A stretch of DNA of 64,000 nucleotides from Acidimicrobiia bacterium (GTDB lineage Bacteria; Actinomycetota; Acidimicrobiia; Spongiisociales; ZC4RG35), in contig JBBDHT010000067.1 in the NCBI GenBank assembly GCA_040880765.1, forward strand, positions 8,141 through 72,140. The letters run 5' to 3'. The stretch's first letter is position 1. Every line of letters starts with the position of its first letter. Under the pieces are notes generated by a model. It saw nothing but the letters and a program-made list of their open reading frames with translations. It had not been told where the DNA came from and did no database searches. The position numbers and the translations under genes were made by a program. Of this stretch, positions 55,389 to 63,017 are shown piece after piece.

Positions 55389-55606
55389 CAGGTCAATCCA
55401 TCACCCGATGCCGCGTCCCACAACTCTGCCTCTCCAGCCGAATCCCATTCCTCCCATGCCCGGGCATAGGCGTCACCGAGTTTGGATGATCGCAACATTC
55501 TGACCGCAGCATGCACGACCGCAGACCGAGATGGAATCCCCTCGATTTCGGCAAGGTGGTCGAGGAAATCGACATCCTCAACAGGCAGGCTAACGCTGAT
55601 CTTCAT
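55388..55606 (-). CDS. mazE: Ribbon-helix-helix antitoxin (MazE/CopG-like)
   Basis: 72 aa; N-terminal KISVSLPVEDVDFLD beta-strand/RHH followed by an acidic Trp-containing tail. ATGA overlap with mazF. Confidence 0.7.
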   Translation of the reverse strand: MKISVSLPVEDVDFLDHLAEIEGIPSRSAVVHAAVRMLRSSKLGDAYARAWEEWDSAGEAELWDAASGDGLT

Positions 55607-55695
55607 ACCGGCATGCTACCAGCAGTGGTACAGGAATACTACCTTTAGCAGCGCGCTGGCTGTGACTGCCGGACATCCGATGGGAAGATGCTGCA

Positions 55696-56166
55696 GTGAA
55701 ACGACTGATCCTGGTTCTTGCCCTGGCCCTCTCCGCCTGCAGCTCCCCTGCTTTGGTCGGCCAGGATCTGCCTGATCTTCCCCCCATCACCGGCCAGGAG
55801 CTCGATGTCATGCTGCAGCGCTCCGGGAATCCGTCTGTGGTCAACGTATGGGCCTCGTGGTGCGGACCATGCCGAGCCGAGGCGCCGCTCCTCACTGCTG
55901 CCCTGGCCGAATACGGTGATCGGGTCGACTTCATCGGCATCGACGTCCAGGACAGCCAGGCCGACGCCAAGAACTTCATCGCGAGTTTCGAACTCGACTT
56001 CACTCACTACTTCGACCGCGACCGATCGGTGCCTGAGTTCTATGGCGGTTTCGGGACACCGATGACGTTCTTCTTCGACAGGACCGGCACGCTGGTCGAC
56101 ACCCATCTCGGCGTCATCGACGAACGCTCCCTCGCTCTCGGCATCGACGAGATCGTAAGCAGATAA
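55696..56166 (+). CDS. TlpA/ResA-like thiol:disulfide oxidoreductase lipoprotein
   Basis: Lipobox LSAC followed by a thioredoxin fold with WCGPC active site. Confidence 0.8.
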   Translation: MKRLILVLALALSACSSPALVGQDLPDLPPITGQELDVMLQRSGNPSVVNVWASWCGPCRAEAPLLTAALAEYGDRVDFIGIDVQDSQADAKNFIASFELDFTHYFDRDRSVPEFYGGFGTPMTFFFDRTGTLVDTHLGVIDERSLALGIDEIVSR

Positions 56167-56840
56167 TGGAGTTCACTCTGCTCTGGGCGGCGCTCACCGG
56201 GGTCGCCGGGCTCTGGATCGGGACCCGCCTTTGGACGGAAAGCCGTGATGAGTCCCCGGCGGAGTCCATATTCGATTCGCTGCTCCTCGCTGCCGGGGTC
56301 GGGCTGGTCGGGGGCCGGGTCGTGGCAATGCTCGCCCAGGGACTGAACCCGATCACCAACATCGGCGACCTTCTCATCGTCCGGGGCGGGGTGAGCACCG
56401 TGGCGGCAACCGTGTTCGCAGTGGGTGCCTTGTTCCTCACATCCGGGAGACAGATGAAGGTCCTCGACCTGGCGGCACCGGCGGTGCTGCTCGGATTGGC
56501 CGGATGGCACCTCGGCTGTCTCTGGCGCGGGGCCTGCCTCGGCACCGCTTCGGATTTGCCATGGGCGTGGGCGGAAGCCGGGAGTTCGATCACCAGGCAC
56601 CCGGTCGAGATCTACGCCGCTATCGGTCTGGCACTTGGCGCCATAGTGGTGAGCCGCCTGCCGCCACGAATCGGACTGCGATCAGGGACAGCTTTTGCCC
56701 TGGCTTCAGGGATCAGGCTGGCCACGGAGCCATTCCGGCTCTCGGTCACCGGGGGGCCGGTGTGGTGGTATGCAGCCGGGGTCGTCCTCGGCCTCGCATG
56801 GCTGGTTGTCGCCGGGGTTTCCAATCGGCACCCGACTTGA
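56166..56840 (+). CDS. Hypothetical polytopic membrane protein with a membrane-edge Cys pair (GCLWRGAC)
   Basis: 224 aa, 5-6 TM helices. ATGA coupled to the tlpA-like gene. Has a weak Lgt-signature-like spacing (LG-x4-G-x3-G) but lacks the catalytic R/N/E residues. Confidence 0.5.
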   Translation: MEFTLLWAALTGVAGLWIGTRLWTESRDESPAESIFDSLLLAAGVGLVGGRVVAMLAQGLNPITNIGDLLIVRGGVSTVAATVFAVGALFLTSGRQMKVLDLAAPAVLLGLAGWHLGCLWRGACLGTASDLPWAWAEAGSSITRHPVEIYAAIGLALGAIVVSRLPPRIGLRSGTAFALASGIRLATEPFRLSVTGGPVWWYAAGVVLGLAWLVVAGVSNRHPT

Positions 56841-56872
56841 GTGTGGCGCCTGAGGCGGGGAGACTCCCTGAT

Positions 56873-57517
56873 GTGAGCCATCTGCTGCAGCTGGATTCGG
56901 TCGGCGTCGACCTCGGTGGCCGACCTGTGCTCACCGACATCAGCCTCCACCTCGGCTCCGGTGAGGCGATCGCCATCGTCGGGCCCAACGGGAGCGGTAA
57001 GACGACCCTCCTGCGCCTGCTGGCCACCTTGCTCCGTCCCAGCCAGGGCAGCGGAACCGTTCTCGGCGCCGACCTGAGAGGGGTGGTCGAACGCTCGGTT
57101 CGCATTTCGGTCGGCATGATCACACATGCTCCGGCTCTGCTCGATGAGCTCACGGTCTGGGAGAACCTCGTTCACTTCTGCCGCATCTCGAACCGCCCCG
57201 AAGCCGTGATCCCCAGGGCTCTTTCTGCCGTCGGCCTCGAAAACGTGGCTGACCTTCGGGTCGACCGGTGCAGCTTCGGTATGAAGCGCAGGGCCGAAAT
57301 CGCTTGGCTGCTCATCGCCAAACCAAAACTGCTCCTCCTCGACGAGGCACGGTCTGGCCTCGACATCGAAGCACGGAGCCTCGTTGACTCGCTGGCACGG
57401 CTCACCCGGGAGCGAAGTGGAGGCGTCGTCGCGGTCTCTCACGACGCAGGCGATCTCAGCTTGGATTTCGTCGCAGTGCACCGCCTTGCAAACGGAAGGA
57501 TGGAGCGGGTCTCATGA
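56873..57517 (+). CDS. ccmA: Cytochrome c biogenesis ABC ATPase CcmA
   Basis: Walker A GPNGSGKTT, no classic LSGGQ (typical of CcmA-like proteins), Walker B LLLLDEA and the expected size of about 214 aa. GTG start at 56873 with GGGGAG upstream. The track ORF N-terminal extension overlaps the upstream gene. Confidence 0.8.
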   Translation: MSHLLQLDSVGVDLGGRPVLTDISLHLGSGEAIAIVGPNGSGKTTLLRLLATLLRPSQGSGTVLGADLRGVVERSVRISVGMITHAPALLDELTVWENLVHFCRISNRPEAVIPRALSAVGLENVADLRVDRCSFGMKRRAEIAWLLIAKPKLLLLDEARSGLDIEARSLVDSLARLTRERSGGVVAVSHDAGDLSLDFVAVHRLANGRMERVS

Positions 57518-58188
57518 GCCTTTGGCAGCAGTCGAAGGAGGTCATGCGGGTCGACCTGATGGTGGAACAGCGCATCGGGGACACCTTTCGTATCGTGCTC
57601 CCGTTTGCTGTGGTCGCTCTGATGATCTTCTCACTGGCAATACCGGCGGGTGTCGGCGATATCGGCGATGTAGGCACAGCTGTCTTCTGGGGGGTGGCCA
57701 TCCTCTATGGGATGCAGGTTGCCTTGCGCACTTCGATGAGCGAGACAGAGCAGCGCAAGAACATCGCCATGCTGCTTGGCCTCGACCCAGCCGCCCGGTT
57801 CCTCGGAAGGTCGATGGCCGCCGCCTTGCTACTGACGGGTTTCATGGCAGTTCTCTTCGTCGCTATGGTGCTGCTCTTCAGCCCTGATCTCCCCGTCGGA
57901 TGGGCGTGTCCAATCGCGCTGGCAATCCTCCTGGCGGCAGCCGGCCTGGCGATGCTCGCCACTCTGGCCGGTGAGGTTGCTTCAGGGCTCCGCAACCGCT
58001 CGGCGCTCGCATCGCTGCTGATCGCCCCCCTTGCCATCCCGATGGTCGTCGGGGCCTCACAGGTCCTGGAATCTATGACCGGGAACAACGGTATCCTGAT
58101 CTGGATTCTGCTTCTGATCACAACAGATCTGACCCTGCTTGTCGCAGGAGTCGGGCTCTCCAGACCGCTAGAGGAAGCATCACGATGA
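57514..58188 (+). CDS. ccmB: Heme exporter protein CcmB
   Basis: 6-TM CcmB family protein. ATGA overlap with ccmA. Confidence 0.85.
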   Translation: MSLWQQSKEVMRVDLMVEQRIGDTFRIVLPFAVVALMIFSLAIPAGVGDIGDVGTAVFWGVAILYGMQVALRTSMSETEQRKNIAMLLGLDPAARFLGRSMAAALLLTGFMAVLFVAMVLLFSPDLPVGWACPIALAILLAAAGLAMLATLAGEVASGLRNRSALASLLIAPLAIPMVVGASQVLESMTGNNGILIWILLLITTDLTLLVAGVGLSRPLEEASR

Positions 58189-58895
58189 GACGAGTACAGA
58201 CAATGCTCCTGATCGCCGCACTGGCTCTGGGCTTGGGCGCCTACCTGGCATTCACCGCACCGCTGGACGCACTCCAGGGTGAATACACCAGAATGCTCTA
58301 CATCCACGTCCCGACCCTGTGGTTGGCTTTTCTCGCCTTCGGGATCACCGCACTCGGTTCGGTCGTGTACCTCATCGGCAAGAGGCCGCGCTGGGACCGA
58401 GCGGCGGAAGCATCTGCGGAGATCGGTGTCCTCTTTGCTGTGGTTGGCGTCTTCACCGGGATGGTCTGGGGCCAGGCGGTCTGGGGCCAGGCCTGGGACT
58501 GGGGCGATGCCCGGCTGGCCACCACCGCGGTGATGATCTTCGTCTACATCGGTTACCTCGCGCTACGCAGGGCCATCCCTGACCCCGAGCTTCGGGCCCG
58601 GAGATCGGCGATTCTCGGGACCATCGCAGTCATCCAGGTGCCACTGGTCTACTTCTCGGTCAACCTCTTCCGCACCCTCCACCAGACTCAGTCGATACGG
58701 CCCGATGGCTCCACCATGGATTCAGAGATGCTGGTGGCCCTTCTCGTCAACGTCGTCGCCTTCACCATCCTCTACGCGGCGCTGTTCATGGGGCGCACCT
58801 ACGTTGCCCGCCTCGAAGCGGCCCGGGTGACCGACAGAGCGCCGGCGGGCGATGCGGTCTCGCCACCCCGACTGAAGGAGATCGAAGATGTCTGA
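58185..58895 (+). CDS. ccmC: Heme exporter protein CcmC
   Basis: Tryptophan-rich WWD motif VWGQAVWGQAWDWGDARLATT and conserved His residues. ATGA overlap with ccmB. Confidence 0.9.
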   Translation: MRRVQTMLLIAALALGLGAYLAFTAPLDALQGEYTRMLYIHVPTLWLAFLAFGITALGSVVYLIGKRPRWDRAAEASAEIGVLFAVVGVFTGMVWGQAVWGQAWDWGDARLATTAVMIFVYIGYLALRRAIPDPELRARRSAILGTIAVIQVPLVYFSVNLFRTLHQTQSIRPDGSTMDSEMLVALLVNVVAFTILYAALFMGRTYVARLEAARVTDRAPAGDAVSPPRLKEIEDV

Positions 58896-58989
58896 CGCCC
58901 TCGTCGTCATCGTCACATACGCGGTGGTTTACGGGACCGCTCTCGGTTACGCCGCGTATCTCCACTTGCGGTGGAAGCGGGCTCAGTAG
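58888..58989 (+). CDS. ccmD: Putative CcmD (33 aa, single TM helix plus basic tail)
   Basis: MSDALVVIVTYAVVYGTALGYAAYLHLRWKRAQ. ATG overlaps the ccmC 3' end by 8 nt (GATGTCTGA), and its stop lies 2 nt before the ccmE ATG. It sits in the canonical ccmC-ccmD-ccmE position and is below the ORF-track length cutoff. Confidence 0.5.
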   Translation: MSDALVVIVTYAVVYGTALGYAAYLHLRWKRAQ

Positions 58990-58991
58990 AC

Positions 58992-59399
58992 ATGGAGCAT
59001 CGCACTCTGGTTCTTTCTGGAATCGGAGGGATCATCGCACTCATCATCACCATGTCGCTCGTCGGCCTGGGAGACAACCTCACCTATTACCTCTATCCCA
59101 CAGAAGCTGTCGAACGACGTACCGAGTTCACCGACGGAGAGAATTTCCGGTTGGCCGGCACCGTGGTGGAGGGCAGCCTTTCTGAGGAAGGCCAGGACCT
59201 TGTATTCGATGTTTCTGATGGCGGCGAGACCGTACCGGTCAGGCTGATCGACACTCCTCCCCCGCTGTTCGACGACACGGTCCCGGTGCTGCTCGACGGT
59301 GCCTGGGAAGGTGAAACCTACGTCGCGACGAATGCTCTCATCCGCCACGACGAGAACTATGTCGTACCGGAAGAGGGAACCCCGGCCGAGGGCGAGTGA
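58992..59399 (+). CDS. ccmE: Cytochrome c-type biogenesis heme chaperone CcmE
   Basis: N-terminal TM anchor, OB-fold and heme-binding H-DENY motif (LIRHDENYVVPEE). Start placed at MEHRTLVL, 2 nt after the ccmD stop. Confidence 0.9.
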   Translation: MEHRTLVLSGIGGIIALIITMSLVGLGDNLTYYLYPTEAVERRTEFTDGENFRLAGTVVEGSLSEEGQDLVFDVSDGGETVPVRLIDTPPPLFDDTVPVLLDGAWEGETYVATNALIRHDENYVVPEEGTPAEGE

Positions 59400-61426
59400 T
59401 GGCGCTGTCCATACTCGGCACGGCGGGGATCCTCGCCGGGCTGCTCGGGGCGACCTTGCTTGCCTACCGCGGCGTGCAGATTGCTCGCTCTGAAACCGGT
59501 GTCGGCGACCTGGGACCACCGGCAAAGCTCCTTCTCGGGGGGGCCGCCGTATCGATGGTTGCACTCGAATTGGCGTTGCTGACTAACGACTTCGCCATCT
59601 CCTACGTTGCCAATCACCACGCCTCGACCACGCCGTTCCCGTTCAATGTTGCCAGTGCCTGGGGTGCCCTCGAAGGCTCGATCGTGCTCTGGGGCCTGGT
59701 GTTGGCAAGCTTTATCTGGTTCGTCGTCCGCCAGTACCGGAAAGGCCCCGATCATCTCGGTGCTGGAGCACTTGCCGTTCTCGGTGTGATCTCGATCTTC
59801 TTCTTCGGGATGATGATCACCATCTCCAACCCTTTCGAGGTCTGCGTCCAGGCAGCGGAGAGAGCCTGTGCGGTGTCCAGTCCCTGGCCGTTTTCAGCCA
59901 TCGACGCTCCGCTCGAGGGCGCCGGCCCCAATCCCCTACTCCAGAACCACATCCTGATGGCGATCCACCCCCCGATGCTCTACCTCGGGTATGTCGGCAT
60001 GTCGGTGCCTTTCGCATATGCGATTAGTGCGCTCGCGCTGAAGGTGGCAGGACCGGTGTGGCTGCGGCGGTCACATCGTTCAACCCTGGTCGCATGGAGT
60101 TTCCTCACCGCCGGCATCGTCCTCGGCGGTTGGTGGGCGTACGAGGTCCTCTCCTGGGGAGGCTATTGGGCATGGGACCCGGTCGAGAACGCGTCATTCA
60201 TGCCCTGGCTGGTAGCCACTGCCTTTCTCCACTCTGCCATCGTCCAACAGCGACGCGACATGCTCCAGGCGTGGAACTTCGTGCTCATCATCTCCGCCTT
60301 CTCGCTGACAATTCTCGGGACCTTCCTCACCCGCTCCGGTACCATCAACTCGGTCCACTCGTTCACCCAGAGTGCAATCGGCCCGGCACTGCTCGGATTC
60401 CTCGCTTTGGTTCTCGTTGGATCATTCACCCTCTTCGCTAACCGCTCCCACCTGGTCAGCTCCGCGCCGCGCATCGACAGCTTCGTCAGCCGGGAGGGCG
60501 CGTTTCTCGCCAACAACCTCCTCCTCACCCTCTACGCCTTCGTGGTGCTGATCGGAACCACCTACCCGCTCCTCGTCGAAGCATTCACAGGTACCCAGGT
60601 CGGGGTGGGAGCCCCTTTCTACAACAGGCTCGCCGTCCCACTCACCTTCGCCCTGCTGCTCGTCATGGGCTTCGGCCCGATCACTCCCTGGGGAAACGCC
60701 TCGCCCGGTGTCATCTGGAAACGGAGTCGCATGCCGCTGGTGGCATCTGTCGGTGCCGGGCTTGCCGTCGCTCTGTTCGTCAGTCGCATCGGCTGGGTGG
60801 TGCTGGCAGTGGTCCTCGCCACTTTCGTCACCGGCACGATTCTCGGACTCCTCCTCGAACAGGCCCGACGACGCGCCGCCAGACGCGAACTCAAGTTGAG
60901 TGGCGGCCTGCGCGAGGTGATCGGGGGCGACACCGCATTCTGGGCCGGACAGGTGAGCCACATCGGAGTCGTCCTGGTGGCGGTGGGAATTGCCTTCGCC
61001 GCCAACCTCGCCCTGCACGAGACCGTGGTCCTCGAGCCCGGTGAATCCGTCGAGTTCGCGGGATACGAGCTGGTTTACGAAGGCCCATTTCAGTTCGAAG
61101 AGCCGCAACGAATCGTGCGGGGGGCGCGGGTCACCGTCCTCAGAGACAGCCAGTTCGTAGCGGTGATGGAGCCGACCAACAACTTCTACGGTTCGCAGGC
61201 GTCGGGGATCATCACGCCCGACGTCCTCACCCGACCCGGCGGCGACCTCTACCTGACTCTGCGTGACCTCGACGAGATCAGCGCCACGCTGTCGCTGGAC
61301 ACCTCCCCCCTGATCTGGCTGCTCTGGTTCGGAGGTTTGGTGGCCGCAGGCGGCGGCTTCTGGGCGATGGCCGCACGGGCGTCGGAGCGAAGCCTGATCA
61401 CCGAAGGTGCCCCGGCCGATGTCTGA
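59396..61426 (+). CDS. ccmF: Cytochrome c-type biogenesis heme lyase subunit CcmF
   Basis: 676 aa; WWD domain GGYWAWDPVENASFMPWL and multiple TM helices. Overlaps the ccmE stop. Confidence 0.9.
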   Translation: MMALSILGTAGILAGLLGATLLAYRGVQIARSETGVGDLGPPAKLLLGGAAVSMVALELALLTNDFAISYVANHHASTTPFPFNVASAWGALEGSIVLWGLVLASFIWFVVRQYRKGPDHLGAGALAVLGVISIFFFGMMITISNPFEVCVQAAERACAVSSPWPFSAIDAPLEGAGPNPLLQNHILMAIHPPMLYLGYVGMSVPFAYAISALALKVAGPVWLRRSHRSTLVAWSFLTAGIVLGGWWAYEVLSWGGYWAWDPVENASFMPWLVATAFLHSAIVQQRRDMLQAWNFVLIISAFSLTILGTFLTRSGTINSVHSFTQSAIGPALLGFLALVLVGSFTLFANRSHLVSSAPRIDSFVSREGAFLANNLLLTLYAFVVLIGTTYPLLVEAFTGTQVGVGAPFYNRLAVPLTFALLLVMGFGPITPWGNASPGVIWKRSRMPLVASVGAGLAVALFVSRIGWVVLAVVLATFVTGTILGLLLEQARRRAARRELKLSGGLREVIGGDTAFWAGQVSHIGVVLVAVGIAFAANLALHETVVLEPGESVEFAGYELVYEGPFQFEEPQRIVRGARVTVLRDSQFVAVMEPTNNFYGSQASGIITPDVLTRPGGDLYLTLRDLDEISATLSLDTSPLIWLLWFGGLVAAGGGFWAMAARASERSLITEGAPADV

Positions 61427-62420
61427 GCGCTTCAAGAACCTTCTCATCGCGGGGGTGACCCTGGCAATGGCAGTCACGTTGGTCCTACTGGTCGCCACCA
61501 ATGAGACACCCGACGACAGAGTGGAACGGATCGGTTCAGCGATCAAGTGCCCGGTCTGTCAGGGGGAGGCAATCGCCGACTCCCCCGCTCAGATGGCGAC
61601 CGACATGATGGCCCTCGTCGAGGAACGGGTTGCTCAGGGTGCGACCGACGAGCAGATTATCGACGAGTTGCTCGGCTCGTTCAGCGGGGCCGTTCTCCTC
61701 GATCCCCCCGTGTCCGGTGCCACGCTGCTTCTGTGGCTGGCACCCATCGCGGCCCTGGTCGCCGGAGTTGGGGTTGTCCTGTGGTGGAAATCCCATCCGG
61801 GCCGGGCCACGCCAGACGATCGCCTTCCCGTCACCGGATCCCGCCGCCTGGTTGGTGGGCTGATACTTATCGGCGGTTTCGTGGCGATTGTCGTGGTAGC
61901 CGGGACCCTGCTTCAGGACAGGGCCGGACCTGCTGAAGGCGCAGCCGATGTCGATGTCCAGAACCTCGACGACGTCAGCAACGAGACGATGGAGGCAGTG
62001 GTCGACGCCAACCAGGACAACCCGCAGATCAACGGGATGCGGCTCGCTCTGGCCGAGCGTTATTTCGAAGCTGCCGACTATCGGGCTGCGTTCCCCCACT
62101 ACCTCCGGGTCGCGCAGGATCCGATAGCATCCGACGAAGAAGCGGCCACCGCTCTCATCAGACTCGGATGGATGGCCTATGACGGAAACGAAGAAGTCCA
62201 AACTGCTTTGACTCTCTTCGACCAGGCCCTCGAGATCATCCCCGATTCGCAGGTGGCTCGGTACCTGAAAGGCCAGGTGCTTTGGTGCGGAGCAGGCGAG
62301 AACGAGCAGGCAGTGGAGCTATTCGAGGCAGTCCTCGGGGATGACGACCTCGACGATTCAATCCGGGCTCAAGTCGAAGCCGACCTGTCGTTGGCAGCGG
62401 CCGGGGAAGGATGCGCATGA
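61419..62420 (+). CDS. ccmH: CcmH with C-terminal TPR (CcmI-like) domain
   Basis: Signal/TM segment, then CxxC motif IKCPVCQGE, a second TM and a C-terminal TPR-like helical repeat region. ATG overlaps the ccmF stop by 8 nt with the same GATGTCTGA junction as ccmC/ccmD. Confidence 0.8.
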   Translation: MSERFKNLLIAGVTLAMAVTLVLLVATNETPDDRVERIGSAIKCPVCQGEAIADSPAQMATDMMALVEERVAQGATDEQIIDELLGSFSGAVLLDPPVSGATLLLWLAPIAALVAGVGVVLWWKSHPGRATPDDRLPVTGSRRLVGGLILIGGFVAIVVVAGTLLQDRAGPAEGAADVDVQNLDDVSNETMEAVVDANQDNPQINGMRLALAERYFEAADYRAAFPHYLRVAQDPIASDEEAATALIRLGWMAYDGNEEVQTALTLFDQALEIIPDSQVARYLKGQVLWCGAGENEQAVELFEAVLGDDDLDDSIRAQVEADLSLAAAGEGCA

Positions 62421-63010
62421 ACACCAGCGCAGTGAAGTGGGCCGGGCTGGCGATTGCGGCGGCTGCGGTGATCTTCTCGGTGGTGCTGGCCAGCCGGTTC
62501 GGCACCGATCCCGGGCTGGTCGAGTCGCCCCTCCTCGGCGAGCCGGCACCGGTTCTCGAACTGCCTCTCCTCGACGGGTCGGGCACCTTCGACACTTCGA
62601 GGTTGAACGGTACGGTGACAGTCCTCAACTTCTTCGCTTCGTGGTGCCTCGAATGCCGCAACGAGCATGCCGACCTGGTAGCCACCGCGAACGCATTCAA
62701 CGACCGGGGGGTGCGGTTCGTCCAGATCTCTTACCAGGAGAGTGCAGAAGCTTCCTCCGCCTACCTCGATCAGGCGGGACGCTCGGAGTCGACGCTTTAC
62801 CTCAGCGACCCGGGAAGCAGGGCCGCTATAGCGTACGGGGTGTTCGGGATCCCCGAGACCTTCTTTCTCGACGATTCCGGCACCGTGGTCGGCAAGATCA
62901 TAGGTGAGGCCGACGCATTCATCCTCGGCGCCACCCTGGATTCGATCCTCGCTGGAGAGACTCCAGGCCAGAAGATCACAGGTGATACCCAGCAGCGGCC
63001 AGGCGACTGA
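62417..63010 (+). CDS. ccmG: Thiol:disulfide interchange protein CcmG/DsbE
   Basis: N-terminal membrane anchor, SWCLEC active site and GVFGIPETFFLDDSG motif. ATGA overlap with ccmH; the start could alternatively be the ATG at 62411. Confidence 0.85.
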   Translation: MNTSAVKWAGLAIAAAAVIFSVVLASRFGTDPGLVESPLLGEPAPVLELPLLDGSGTFDTSRLNGTVTVLNFFASWCLECRNEHADLVATANAFNDRGVRFVQISYQESAEASSAYLDQAGRSESTLYLSDPGSRAAIAYGVFGIPETFFLDDSGTVVGKIIGEADAFILGATLDSILAGETPGQKITGDTQQRPGD

Positions 63011-63017
63011 GTTCTGT

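Noticed and set aside
56166-56840. Initial call as prolipoprotein diacylglyceryl transferase (Lgt)
   Set aside because: Only the glycine spacing of the Lgt signature is mimicked. The essential Arg/Asn/Glu of the G-R-x-G-N-F-x-N-x-E motif are replaced by His/Cys/Ala, and the protein is about 60-70 aa too short, so it is kept as an unknown membrane protein.
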